Positions 47,212-58,600 of a stretch of 64,000 nucleotides of DNA are shown one piece after another (positions within the stretch are counted from its first letter, which is position 1; every line of letters starts with the position of its first letter). Location: positions 62,001 to 126,000 of IMG/VR virus record IMGVR_UViG_3300011113_000805. One strand, given 5' to 3'. The translations under genes were made by a program, and so were the position numbers. The notes below the pieces were generated by a model. It was not told where the DNA came from and did not search any database. It was given only the letters and a program-made list of their open reading frames with translations.

Positions 47212-49575
47212 CTATATCCCCCGAGTGTTCTTATCAGTTGTTTGATTGGCAATTTCAACTTCACGTGCAATTGAATCTGCCAATCTAGATGTTAATTTTC
47301 TTGTTGAAATAGTTTTACCATAGGATTCTTCTCTTGAAATCGGTGGTGCTTTAATGATAGATGAATCAATTGGCAATGAGACACCAGCAGGTGCAGGCCT
47401 TTTTGATAATGTAATCTTGGAACCTGATGTAACTCTTGATGGAGCAGCTGCTGTGGATGATGCTGTGGCTGCATCTGTTGTGACTCCTGTTGTCTCTGAA
47501 GTCGATTTTGGAGATGTCCTAGTTGTCGTAGGTGTGGCCACTAGCGCAGTGGTCGATGCTGCAGGTGCATCAGAAACTCCTGATGAAGTTACTGCGCTTG
47601 TGGCTGCTGTATTAGCTATGACAAATGTCGAAACACCAAGCATAGATTGATTATTTTCAAAGTTAGGCATAAGCTCAGGAGGAATTGTTGTGCTATTCAC
47701 AACAATTGGATCCGTTATAGCTGATTTTCCAATTGTAAAATCATTGTAAATCGGAACAACTCTATAAACTACAGGTCCAGGTAACTTAAAAAGATCGCTC
47801 TTGTCGATAAAATGCATTTTCTTGAATGAAGTGCCCAAGAGCTTCTCAATGCCTAAATAAGTTCCATAAATCTGATAGTGATCAACAGTTGCAGGATTTC
47901 CAAGTATGCTCCACTGTACAATGTTTGATCTGCCAGGCAATGTACTAATTCTAAGTGAAGTTATTGTTGCCAAGCTGATTTGTGAAATGTTTCCTTCGAT
48001 AGCAATGTCAGCAATTGCAACGGGAGTTCTGGTAGAACCTGTAACTCTATTTAGAAAGAACTTATAGTGCCTACCATAAATTTCATCAGTAGGAACATCC
48101 CAAAATGAATCAGGTTGCCACTCAACAGAAATAGTAGAATTGCCCGAGCCTGATATTATGGATGTGGCAGAAACCTGCTCAGATGTTGAAAGTGAAATTG
48201 ATTCGACATCAATTTCTATAACATCAGTAGGATTTTTCCCATTAAAATCTATCTGGAACTTGGGGACAGTACCCTTTGAAAGCTGTAAAATTTCAACATC
48301 AACTTTTGATGTTAACTGTGTAGGCCTAATATACTTCCAGACAATATAGTTTGATGAAACGAATTTTGCTCCATACAAAAATTCAAACTCTAGAGACACA
48401 TTGTAAGTACTCCCATACATCAATAATCCTCTAGCATTTCTTGAAATTTCAATTCGAATGTCATTATCGCCTGATAATATACTTACTCTTTCTCCTGTTT
48501 GACTTCCTACGCCTGATATTAAGGCGAATTTAGCAACAACGCTCTTGGCATTATGTGGAATTGAATTCGACGGTACAATAATGACATTGTTGGCATCTAT
48601 GTAGAAGGGAGCAATTAGCCCAGAAATAACAGTACCATTATTGAAAAAACCTATCTCATTAGTAATGTCACCTTCCTGTGATAAGCCAACTGTTCTTAAA
48701 AAGAAAGATGTTCCTGCTGACGATGGAAGCAAATCATTGATTGATCTTGGACTAGGCGTTGTAGGATCGATAGTGAATGAATTTTCAGGATATTGCAAAA
48801 ATGAGTAATCATTGAAGCTCTTTCTGTATCTTGCATAGCTTGCTGATTTGCCATCAGAAAGGTTTAGCCCTGATAGCAAATTTTCAATTTTGTCTGCTAT
48901 GTCAATTTCAAGAAATTCTATTCCATCTTTACTTTGATATTGAAGCTCATAAACTTCGCCAATCTCAAAGTTAGATCTGCTTATATCTACAGTGATTTCA
49001 ATGATTCGATAGTCGGTTTCAATCTCAACAGTTTCAATTTCATATGATTCACCTGTACTAACATAGTGAATGCTATTTCTGTCTTGAGGAACACCATAAT
49101 TCACGTCTATGAATGAAGCTTCACCAATTCCTAAACTTGCAGGATCTTTTTTAAGATAAAAAACCAAGTTTCTCATAAGTTCAGCTGTTATCTCAGTTCC
49201 ACTTTTTGCACCATCATTAGCTGGATTTCTTATGATACTTTTTCCTATCACCTTTGCTTGACTATTCAGCGTAGATGATGAGATTGTTATTGGAACTACT
49301 ATGCTTAATTTCTGTGAAACTAGAGCTCTCTCGGCGCCTGTTAAGGATTGAAACGTTATATCTGATATTGCAATTGGCAATTGTGAAATTGGAGGCCTAA
49401 TTTGCAGGGTTACCTTTCCTCCCTCTTCAAGGTATCTTTTGCTATTGATGGCAAACCTGACAGTTACCTTAATATTCCCCGATGCCAGCATTTCCAATTT
49501 AGAAATAGGTGAGTTTGCAGCCCTGAACATTCCTCCATCGGCATTGGACTCGACAACATTAACTCTTGCTCTCAT
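47212..49575 (-). CDS. Large hypothetical protein (787 aa), FN3-like domain and Ser/Thr/Ala-rich tail
   Basis: VQWSI...VDHYQIYG...FIDK...VVYRVVP; low-complexity C-terminal segment. Confidence 0.7.
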   Translation of the reverse strand: MRARVNVVESNADGGMFRAANSPISKLEMLASGNIKVTVRFAINSKRYLEEGGKVTLQIRPPISQLPIAISDITFQSLTGAERALVSQKLSIVVPITISSSTLNSQAKVIGKSIIRNPANDGAKSGTEITAELMRNLVFYLKKDPASLGIGEASFIDVNYGVPQDRNSIHYVSTGESYEIETVEIETDYRIIEITVDISRSNFEIGEVYELQYQSKDGIEFLEIDIADKIENLLSGLNLSDGKSASYARYRKSFNDYSFLQYPENSFTIDPTTPSPRSINDLLPSSAGTSFFLRTVGLSQEGDITNEIGFFNNGTVISGLIAPFYIDANNVIIVPSNSIPHNAKSVVAKFALISGVGSQTGERVSILSGDNDIRIEISRNARGLLMYGSTYNVSLEFEFLYGAKFVSSNYIVWKYIRPTQLTSKVDVEILQLSKGTVPKFQIDFNGKNPTDVIEIDVESISLSTSEQVSATSIISGSGNSTISVEWQPDSFWDVPTDEIYGRHYKFFLNRVTGSTRTPVAIADIAIEGNISQISLATITSLRISTLPGRSNIVQWSILGNPATVDHYQIYGTYLGIEKLLGTSFKKMHFIDKSDLFKLPGPVVYRVVPIYNDFTIGKSAITDPIVVNSTTIPPELMPNFENNQSMLGVSTFVIANTAATSAVTSSGVSDAPAASTTALVATPTTTRTSPKSTSETTGVTTDAATASSTAAAPSRVTSGSKITLSKRPAPAGVSLPIDSSIIKAPPISREESYGKTISTRKLTSRLADSIAREVEIANQTTDKNTRGI

Positions 49576-50498
49576 TCCATCACCAAGTCAAAAATATTAA
49601 CAAACCTCGGATTGCCGGCCAAGTCCTCAAAGACCTTGCCCACGAAGTAGATATGTCGCTGCTTCCCACCTACATTTGAAGGTGGCAATGTCCCGTACCT
49701 GACAATGTCAAGCTTTGCAAGGCCTCCTGATGAGCTCTCAATCACTTGAATTCCAACTTCATGATCACCTGTGTATTTAGAGAAAGTCACTATTGCTGAT
49801 TGCAAGTTGCCTTCGATGGTGGCAAGTATCTCATCATCCGTGAGTGGATCCTCCCCCAGGACTTCATATGTACCTAGTGGTATCTCATTTCCAATGGTTG
49901 TGATTGTTCTCTGAAGTGGTGGAAGATATTGGAAGTTGGGGTTTTTGCTAAATCTCCTGTCGGCAAAGAAAGCCTCAACATTATCGATATCGGAGACAAG
50001 AGGTGGGTCACCAACACCTGGTGGTGATTCAGGTTCTCTCAGTACAAACTCTACAGATGATGGACTAAATGACAAGCCAGGATCATCAAATATGAAACCT
50101 GTCGTAGAAATAATTCGCTGATTATCAAATGCTTCGATAGATCCAGAGTAAATGATATTCAAAACTGGTGGAAGGCTTCCGGAAATGGTACTACCGGTGA
50201 CAACTGAACCGTCAGGTCTCAGGTAAGTGGATCCGCTAATGCTTCCTGCATAGAAACCCTGTAGACTACCAAAAGCATCTGTCGTTAAAGTTATCTCGTC
50301 GTTTGGTGTTCCAAAGGATTCCATGCCAATGGCCAATGGAACGATAGCAACTCCATCACCATCATTCTCGTACTTTGCACCAATATCAGAAAACGAGACA
50401 TACCTGATTTCAAGCCCGCCATTGACAATGGAAGACCTCCCGCGTGATGTCAATTGGGCATCGATAATTCTTGATTTGCTGTCTAATAATCCTGCCAT
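49572..50498 (-). CDS. Virion structural protein, paralogue of 41306-42007
   Basis: MAGLLDSKSRIIDAQLTSRGR...YVSFSD. Confidence 0.65.
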   Translation of the reverse strand: MAGLLDSKSRIIDAQLTSRGRSSIVNGGLEIRYVSFSDIGAKYENDGDGVAIVPLAIGMESFGTPNDEITLTTDAFGSLQGFYAGSISGSTYLRPDGSVVTGSTISGSLPPVLNIIYSGSIEAFDNQRIISTTGFIFDDPGLSFSPSSVEFVLREPESPPGVGDPPLVSDIDNVEAFFADRRFSKNPNFQYLPPLQRTITTIGNEIPLGTYEVLGEDPLTDDEILATIEGNLQSAIVTFSKYTGDHEVGIQVIESSSGGLAKLDIVRYGTLPPSNVGGKQRHIYFVGKVFEDLAGNPRFVNIFDLVME

Positions 50499-50554
50499 TC
50501 TGCTAAGTAGGCCCCTCCTAATGTAAGTTGCCAGTTAGTAAATGTGAATAGCCA

Positions 50555-51019
50555 TTAGCTCAGAGGAGTGAAAGTTCCGTCAAAAAGGCTCTCATCATTC
50601 GCATCACTATCAAGAAACCTGCTAAATATTCGACTATGAATATCACGATTAATGCTGAGTTCGTAAGAAGACCCCGATGCTAGTGGCGTGTATATGGGTG
50701 GTGTTGATTTCCCATTGTCAGACCACAAGTATCTCTCAGGCGGTGTGCCAATGACATCACCAAAGAAACCGTGATGCACCGGTGAAAGAACTGTTTTGTC
50801 TTTAAGTACAATGCCAGCAGCAGTTATAGTTCCTGAAGTAGGGGACCATGTTACATTCGAACTCCATGTTCCTGTTGCAGGAGGCGCACTTTCAGGATAA
50901 TTTAGAACTGTTTGATAAGCTCCGGATCCTGTCATTGTGTTTGGGCCAAAAACAAACTCATCATACCCAAATCTTTCAGAAAATGCTGTAAAGAAGAAGT
51001 TGCTAAAGTTTGAAGCCAT
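50555..51019 (-). CDS. Hypothetical protein (154 aa)
   Basis: SD AGGAG; co-oriented within the baseplate block. Confidence 0.65.
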   Translation of the reverse strand: MASNFSNFFFTAFSERFGYDEFVFGPNTMTGSGAYQTVLNYPESAPPATGTWSSNVTWSPTSGTITAAGIVLKDKTVLSPVHHGFFGDVIGTPPERYLWSDNGKSTPPIYTPLASGSSYELSINRDIHSRIFSRFLDSDANDESLFDGTFTPLS

Positions 51020-51021
51020 CT

Positions 51022-54000
51022 TTATCTCCTCGCTCCGCCGTCTCTAACAAACTTACGTGTGCCGGCAATAACACCTTCTTGACCCTCTGATCCTGAGAAG
51101 ATTCGCGTAAAAAGCGATCCTGAAAGAAGTTCAGCGTTGAACCCAAAAAGTCTGTCTACAATGGGCTCATCACCATAGACTGAAGAGATGTCACCACCAA
51201 GCTGAGTTCCTCTTGTTGGAGAAACTGGAACACCATCCTGCAGGAAGTCACCAATTAGTGTCAGCTCGGCCTCACCTGACATAATCTGCAGGTAAGAATC
51301 TGTCATGACAATCCTATAGTCGTGTTTTAAGAATGTGTCCTTGAATATTCTCTTGCCTGCCACTGTCGAAAGGGATCCATCAGGTATGGATCCTGAAAGA
51401 GGACCTAATGGATTATTGTCGCCAGGCAAGTCATCGACATCAACATCCGGAGGACCAAATGTTCCGGCATCCAATCCTAGAATGAGTTCATCCTCAGGAT
51501 ACAAGAGTGTCGGATTGTAAGTTTGTGTTGCCGTGAATTGTGATGGAACCTGGAATGATGATATAAACCTCCACCCATAATACTGCATATAGTTCTGGGC
51601 TTCGATTGTTAAGGTTCCGGAACCTGCCGGGGCTGCATTTGTGACTCTTCCGGCAAATGTTATTCCTTCTCCTGAACTTGCAGGAATAGGAGCATTGACA
51701 GATGCAGGATCTATAGGTTGCTGGAAAGTGAGCATAGACTCATTAAACTGTGGAACTGTTCCATCAATAGCTGCTAGCTCAGTGGGAAACAGACTTATTC
51801 CATGGTTTTGTAGGCATCCCGGGTTAGGAATGTATGTGAGTGAGCTTAATGCTCCGGATACTGACTGACTTGACTGGAGTACCACACGATTGACAAATGT
51901 TGGGCCATAGAGCGCCTGTACATCAACCATTCCTGGTGAAAACCCAATGTCAGCGGCTCCCTTTGGCCTGATAGTATTATATGGATCAGACTCTTGTGAT
52001 GCTGCTATTTGGGGTGGCCTTGTTCCTCCTGTCCAGCGATTTGATATCAATGTGAGCCCAGGTGCAATAACATCCATGACAGGACTTGACCTAGAACCTG
52101 AGTTGATGTATGCCATAACCTTGTTGTTAGTGTTGTCATATTCTCTGAACGCATATTGCACCTTAGCACTTGCAGTCATTGGTATCAAGCTTGGTGCGAC
52201 TTGAACAGGCGGAACTGACATTGGTAGCATTGTTAAATTGAGAAATGCCACATGTGTCTGTTCGTTTGAGTTAGGATTATCCTCGTTATTTGCAAAAAAT
52301 CTTGTCTGGTTCCAGTCATAAGAGTATTCAGGTGTATGCAGTATTGCATTTGAACCTGATATCAGGGTTAGTTTCTCACCCCAATGATCATATGACATCG
52401 ATGTATATGCCAATGATGCTGAAAGCGAACCAGAAAAGTATTGGCCTGTTCCACCTGGACTATTTTGCCACTTTGATGATGCTGAGGTAAAGAATCCGTC
52501 TTGCCAGGCGGAGCCAAATGAACCTGAGTTGTAAAAACATACGGAAGCACTTGCAATGAGATATCTCTTTGATGTAGCAAAATCCTCGGCCGTGTCTTTG
52601 TTCCTGGATACTCTGCGCTGTCGATAAAGGAAAAAGACATAGTTGTCCAAGTCCTTTTTGTTTGTTACTTGCTTGTTGTGTGTCTTGTTTAGAGCTTGGG
52701 CAGAAGCAGGAGAAGTTGGACCGGCTGCTCCATAAAGTGTTCCACCACTTACACCATAAGGATTCGAACTTGAATAGAAATAAGGATTAGTGCCAAATCT
52801 TCTGCGACCCTTCACAGGAATTTTTAGCTCAATTCTCTTTAGGAGAAATGGCCTATCAATAAAATCAGAGAGCTTTATTGTCTCGTGATCACATGCGTGA
52901 TATTTTGGAGCATTAGGTGCTCCAAACATTGCTGTAGGCCAACCAATCCTACTGTATCCTGCCTGCTGAAGATGCTCAACGTGATTTACGAAATAACCAA
53001 ACTGCGGTGACCAAGCAAACTGTGACATTATCCTATTCACATCTGCTGGATAGTCGTCTGTCTTGGCATTCGCTAGTATTCCACTTCCAAAGCTACAAGA
53101 GATGAAATTTGACATCGATGCAACTGATGCTGCGGATGTTATCCTTCCTAGATTATTTGAGAATGATGAGATTCCAATTGGTGACTTTTCAATCCACTTT
53201 TTCAACTTAGGGCTATAGTAAAGAAACCCGGTTCCAACACATTCTGATGTTGGCGGAAGGCCGGTGATTGCTTTAAATGACAAAGATGCACTTTCATCAC
53301 CGACGTGAAATCGACCGGCGGCAACTCCGGAATCATTATTTGTGACAGGTATTCTGACCAGTGCGGAACCATCAGGTATCACAAACTCATCATCGACAAT
53401 GGGCTGTGTTGGATCCTCTGTGTCACGAAAAGATGAAACTTGTGACCGATCAGGCTTTCTTGCACCATCAGTGAAAACTATCCCACTATAAATGCCGTCT
53501 GTGAGAATTTCATTATCCTGATAGATACCGGTTGATACATTCTCAGTCAAGGCTTCTCTGTCAGAAAATGCAACGGTAGATGGATACGAGGAAAAGTCAG
53601 AGAAACCTGCATTGTCTGGTGGTGCATCTGGCCTTGTGTCGATTCCAATAAGCCTCTTTGGAGCACCTGACCTGGAGGTGATGGACTCCACGAAGACACC
53701 GTTTCGACTGCCATCGTATATTGCCTTGATCTCATCAGGAGCCAGGGACCTTTGCCAAAGAGACATCTGGGCATATGCATCGGCTCCTGATGTCCCGGAA
53801 AGGTAAGTTGTAGCAGATGCGTGACGAATGACTCTATTTCCAACATTGTTGGAGCCCTGATAACGTGAAGCCGTGCTGCCGTTGAGACCGGCAAGTCCAT
53901 CCTCATAGAAGTAGGGAGCAAATCCTTGTGGCCACTGTCTGTAAGCTGGTGACTCGTACCTGAGCTCTCCGTCTATCCACAGTTGGCAAAGTCCCTCTTC

Positions 54001-54789
54001 ACCTGTTGCTGAGGATCCCGCAAGGGCAGAATCGGTGATTCCAAATGTTGGGATAAAACTTCCTGAGATGGGGTTTCTTGCCGCCCTTTGCACATAAGCA
54101 AGGTGATGCCACCCAGTATCTAGGCCAATGGGATCTTCTGATAGGCTGGAACTGAGGTAGTTTCTCACCTCATTGACTCTGCCCTCATACAGTGTGCCGG
54201 CACCTCCGGATGATCCACTGGTTCCTGCCTGCGATGCAAGGAGTCCAGCTGTCCTGTCAGATGTTGCAACAACATTCTTTAGGCCGGCTGTCGAGACAGT
54301 CTCGAGTATGAGCCTAAAATTCTTGTCGGAAGGTATCTGCCAGTATCTTCCCATCAAGAACTGGTAGCCGTATGTGCCTGTTGTTGCCAGCATAAAAGAA
54401 GATGTCAGTGACTGGACCGAGTATGATACCTTGTTGGATGCATTTGATCCTGAGAACCACATCGCCAGTGTCATCTCCGGAAATGCAAAGCTCAATGTGT
54501 CTGAGACACCTGGTACTTGAGCGATGCCAGTTGGCTGTCCAACACCAGCAACAGTAGTACTAAATGACAGCGCATTCATACTTGATGAGTAGGGACCTAT
54601 TGCAAGCAGTGATGAGGTGAAATTCCCTTTCACATCAGTAAAATCACCTGCATTGCTGGAAGATGGATTAGTTAGTGATTGCTGAAAGACAAGACTGGCA
54701 CTGAGGTTAAAAACTTTGCCACCTTCCTCCAGTGAGAAAGGTGTCCAAAGGTCAATAAGACCCTGCTTGGTTCCTCCGAGTTTTGCCAT
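51022..54789 (-). CDS. Large virion structural protein with LamG-like domain (1255 aa)
   Basis: MTLAMWF, GWHHLAYV, LWIDG, MSLWQRSLAPDEIKAIY. Confidence 0.65.
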   Translation of the reverse strand: MAKLGGTKQGLIDLWTPFSLEEGGKVFNLSASLVFQQSLTNPSSSNAGDFTDVKGNFTSSLLAIGPYSSSMNALSFSTTVAGVGQPTGIAQVPGVSDTLSFAFPEMTLAMWFSGSNASNKVSYSVQSLTSSFMLATTGTYGYQFLMGRYWQIPSDKNFRLILETVSTAGLKNVVATSDRTAGLLASQAGTSGSSGGAGTLYEGRVNEVRNYLSSSLSEDPIGLDTGWHHLAYVQRAARNPISGSFIPTFGITDSALAGSSATGEEGLCQLWIDGELRYESPAYRQWPQGFAPYFYEDGLAGLNGSTASRYQGSNNVGNRVIRHASATTYLSGTSGADAYAQMSLWQRSLAPDEIKAIYDGSRNGVFVESITSRSGAPKRLIGIDTRPDAPPDNAGFSDFSSYPSTVAFSDREALTENVSTGIYQDNEILTDGIYSGIVFTDGARKPDRSQVSSFRDTEDPTQPIVDDEFVIPDGSALVRIPVTNNDSGVAAGRFHVGDESASLSFKAITGLPPTSECVGTGFLYYSPKLKKWIEKSPIGISSFSNNLGRITSAASVASMSNFISCSFGSGILANAKTDDYPADVNRIMSQFAWSPQFGYFVNHVEHLQQAGYSRIGWPTAMFGAPNAPKYHACDHETIKLSDFIDRPFLLKRIELKIPVKGRRRFGTNPYFYSSSNPYGVSGGTLYGAAGPTSPASAQALNKTHNKQVTNKKDLDNYVFFLYRQRRVSRNKDTAEDFATSKRYLIASASVCFYNSGSFGSAWQDGFFTSASSKWQNSPGGTGQYFSGSLSASLAYTSMSYDHWGEKLTLISGSNAILHTPEYSYDWNQTRFFANNEDNPNSNEQTHVAFLNLTMLPMSVPPVQVAPSLIPMTASAKVQYAFREYDNTNNKVMAYINSGSRSSPVMDVIAPGLTLISNRWTGGTRPPQIAASQESDPYNTIRPKGAADIGFSPGMVDVQALYGPTFVNRVVLQSSQSVSGALSSLTYIPNPGCLQNHGISLFPTELAAIDGTVPQFNESMLTFQQPIDPASVNAPIPASSGEGITFAGRVTNAAPAGSGTLTIEAQNYMQYYGWRFISSFQVPSQFTATQTYNPTLLYPEDELILGLDAGTFGPPDVDVDDLPGDNNPLGPLSGSIPDGSLSTVAGKRIFKDTFLKHDYRIVMTDSYLQIMSGEAELTLIGDFLQDGVPVSPTRGTQLGGDISSVYGDEPIVDRLFGFNAELLSGSLFTRIFSGSEGQEGVIAGTRKFVRDGGARR

Positions 54790-54791
54790 TC

Positions 54792-55667
54792 CTACATCCT
54801 ATCGCTATAGACTATTGAATCAGTTCCATTGATAACGTTTACAAATGTCCAGCCTGCACCAGCTGATATTTCATTCCTGTCAATTAAGTATGCACCTGCT
54901 AATCCACTAGCCAGGATGGAAGATATCTCAGGATCAGCTGTGACAGCCTGCTGATTTGGTGTGTCCTCGGTACCCCAGGTTGATGCATCCTTGGTGTCAC
55001 TGCTGTCTATAAATGGATGAACTTCTTCAGGAATCTGGTCTGTATATGACGGGAGGAGATCAATAAGGTCATCTGTGCTGACTTCAATGAAGGATGAGTA
55101 AGAGGGACAATAGCTTCCATTTCTAGGTTTTGCCTGCTGAATGAGATAGCTCCTATGGTCTGCAGCCTCGGCTGCAAAGCAGGCTGATCCCTTAATTCCT
55201 CTCTTGGCAAATGCCGGCAACCAAATGAGTCCAGCAGCCTCGGGCCTAGTCTCAAATGTTCCAATAGCACCGTCACTAACTGATGGATCAGCATATCCTG
55301 CGGCTGTGAGAATAACTGGGTACATTGCAAGACCGGCATCTAGCAGGTATGCAACAGCATCAAAATCTCCAATATCATCAAAGACGGGACGACCACTTGA
55401 GCCTAATCCAAGACTTCGCTGCTCGGCATAGGGACTTGGCGCACTGGTAATTGCACCAGAGACATCAGGATCCAAGAGATTATCATCAAAGAAATTGTCG
55501 CTGACTTCCTTGCCATTAAAGATAAGAATATCGCTGGAGTTAGGACGCAACCTAAAAATTCGAGGACTTATCTGCTGCTCTTTGGTTTGTAGGTTAATTC
55601 CTTCCCTTGTCGTAGCAGGAGATCCGCCTCCAATTGTGACTTCAAACTGGCTCATTTGTATCCTCAC
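54792..55667 (-). CDS. Hypothetical baseplate-block protein (291 aa)
   Basis: Coupled ORF with an ATGA overlap; acidic. Confidence 0.7.
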   Translation of the reverse strand: MRIQMSQFEVTIGGGSPATTREGINLQTKEQQISPRIFRLRPNSSDILIFNGKEVSDNFFDDNLLDPDVSGAITSAPSPYAEQRSLGLGSSGRPVFDDIGDFDAVAYLLDAGLAMYPVILTAAGYADPSVSDGAIGTFETRPEAAGLIWLPAFAKRGIKGSACFAAEAADHRSYLIQQAKPRNGSYCPSYSSFIEVSTDDLIDLLPSYTDQIPEEVHPFIDSSDTKDASTWGTEDTPNQQAVTADPEISSILASGLAGAYLIDRNEISAGAGWTFVNVINGTDSIVYSDRM

Positions 55668-58600
55668 TCACCGGCTGATTGCTTGTAATCAGGCCTATCC
55701 CAGTTTCTTGCCCACCCATATCTAAGTTTATTTCTCTCAAGAATGTGACTCTCAATCACAAGATTGACACCTTGGAAATCGGTATTGTATGGCAAGAACT
55801 GTGCAACAAGCCTCTCAATATTAGACTCAAACCACTTGGCAAACAGAAAGACTTCCTTGAAAGATATGGGTGACTGTAATCGATTGAAATAAACATCCCT
55901 AAGATGCCTTTCACCGGAATATTCTACAGCAAAGACATCAGTTGGATTGCCATAAACATTATCCAGTGGCTCGTGACCACCAAACATCAGGACAATGTCC
56001 TCATTCAGGGCACGGGCAACCGATATCTCAATACCAAACCGGTTGTCATCGGTGATAATTTCGGCAGGGTCGACCTGATACACAGGCTGTGTATTACCTC
56101 CATACTTTGAGGCATTCTCCTCCAGCACCCATGATCTTACCCTCACCTTTGAGTCAGTAGAAGACTCATCAAAGTGAGGATCAATTGCATCAAATATCAT
56201 CTCCTGGCCAAAGATAACATTAGCACTAGCCGGAAATCCACTTCCGGATAGGTTTAGACCATTTTGTGTGAAGTCCAAGATGCTTATATTGCCTGATGGA
56301 TTTGAAGCAGTAATAGGCTGATCAAATCCGGCATCGATCCTGAGCCTACCAAATGATCCGCTTTCATTTGTGACAAAGTTAAAATTGATGGAAGGATCTA
56401 GAACACCAACACTGAGCGGGTTTCTAACATGCTCCTGCCACTCACTTCCGCTAAGAAACTTCGACCAGAATCTCAACTGTGATACAGCACCAGTCTGTGA
56501 TGAAATCCTTGAAATAGCAGGCAAAGCAGAATCATTGAGGAATAGCTGACTTGACCCATTTGTGATTGTTGATGTTCCTACCTGAAAGAATGATCCACTT
56601 GCATTGTAAGTTGGGCTTACAACCGAGAAAATATCATCACCTTCAGGAACAACAACTCTAAAATTACTTTCGGTGACAAAAAGATTTTGCCCAATACTCT
56701 TGCCAAATCTCAGATACCAGTTACTGGTGTCTGCCGATTCCTTATTTCTTCCAACAGAGAGATAAAATGGCTTACCATCATATACAGGAAGATTAATCAG
56801 TGACAAACTAAAGCGTTGTGGATTTGACACATTGGAGGAGTAAGATCCACTAAGTGTGATAGACCCCATTGAGCCACCGTATGTTCCTGATGCTTGCATA
56901 ATCACATTAAGTGAAAGTGCAGGACCATAAGATCCTGTGCTCAATAGTCTCAGTAGAGATGCATCATTATTCTTTTGGCTTTCTAGAAACTTATAGTGAC
57001 CCTCAATGAAAAAACTGCTGGTCGTAAAGAGGCCGTCGCTAACCCCTCCAGTTACTAGTGGATATCCTGGCTCAGTTCGAGTTCCACTAAGAAATGGTGA
57101 GGTAAGAAGGAAACTGCCTGTACTAGTAAATTTGACATCCCTTTTTGTCGAACTTCTGCCTGTAATGTAGCCAGATCTTGTTCCACCATACTCCTTAAAT
57201 CTCAGTGTGATGTCAGGATCAATACCCATTGACCTGATGATGTTCTTTAAGGAAAATACTGTTCCCTTTGACTTTAGAATAACTGGCAAATCGGCCAACA
57301 TCCTTCGCCATATCTCAGACTCAATTTTATAGAGTGGATTTGTTCCGATCTCATTGTCAGATGTGAGATTATCACCGTGAATATACTGCAGATATGTTGG
57401 ATCGCTAAAGAGTCGTGGCAGTTCTATTCCGTACTCTTTAGCAAGGAATGGCAAGAATGTATCGGCAATTCCACCATTTGATGTGTAATCAGCCCTGTTA
57501 AGCCTTGAAAGTTGGGCGATATGCATCTTTAGTTCATCAAACTGCTTTGCCCAAATAAGCAGAAGCATTGTGATTATTTGCACGGATCCTAGGGATGTTT
57601 TTCTCGGTAGATTTCCTCCATCAGAAAATTCTTGCCCAATATTTCCATCGACTGACTCTAGTCCTAGAAAAGCCTGCTCCTGTTCCAGGTAGTGAGGAGG
57701 TATTAGCTTCACAATATAGTTAGGATTATTTGCATCATAGTCAGAAGCGCTTGTCAGAAGTGTTGTGTTTATTGTCACAAGTTCAGGAAAGTCTGGGAAT
57801 AGTACAGGTGAGTGTGAGGCGCGCTCTTCAAAGCTAGCAGGACCACCGGTATTTAGCGATGAGTCTCTAAGGCTTTCAATAAATCCCGTGATGGTAGAGT
57901 GAAGACCATTTCCTGATGAATCGATTACAATTGAATTTCTTGCATATGAACCTGATGGCTCATTGAACTTGTACATTAGCCTGAGATTTGGGTTAGGCTC
58001 GATTGGATTTTTCGATGCATACTGGATCTCGGTTAGCGTCCTATTGCCAACGAATATCTTCAAGTCATCAAGTGAAGCACTCAAATTCTGTGCCGGTAAG
58101 AAAGTAAATGGACCTGAACTGTGAAGACTTCCTGTTCCAATATAAAGCGGTGATGAAAGTACTGTATTGACACTAAATTCACTAACATTGCTTGATGATG
58201 CAGCAAGAGTGCCTGTGACATATAGTTGAAGCCGATTAATACCAGGCCTTCTATTGAACATTGCTGTAACATCAACCCACTCACCCTTGTTGATGGACAC
58301 ACTAGAGCTTAGGCAGGATGATCCGGATGAGTATGCAAAGAGAATATTTGCAACAGAAGTTGATAGAGACTCTGAAACTGCCAGGGTGTAGCCTGAATTT
58401 CCGCTAAGTCTCTGCAAGATCACTTGGTTGTCACTTTGCTCAGGTGGAACAAAGATCTTCATCTGAAACGAGATGCTACTTGCACCAGGATCCAAGACAG
58501 ATGCACCTGTCTTATTTCTAGATAGTTCAGGAAACTTTGATCCGGCCGCATCAATTACCTCAATCCAAGACCCTCCATCGAATGTGAGACTATTGATAGA

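Noticed and set aside
50499-50554. Possible promoter (CCTACTTAG) in the gap before the 308-aa gene
   Set aside because: It deviates from the motif at the otherwise invariant ATA, so it is too weak to call.
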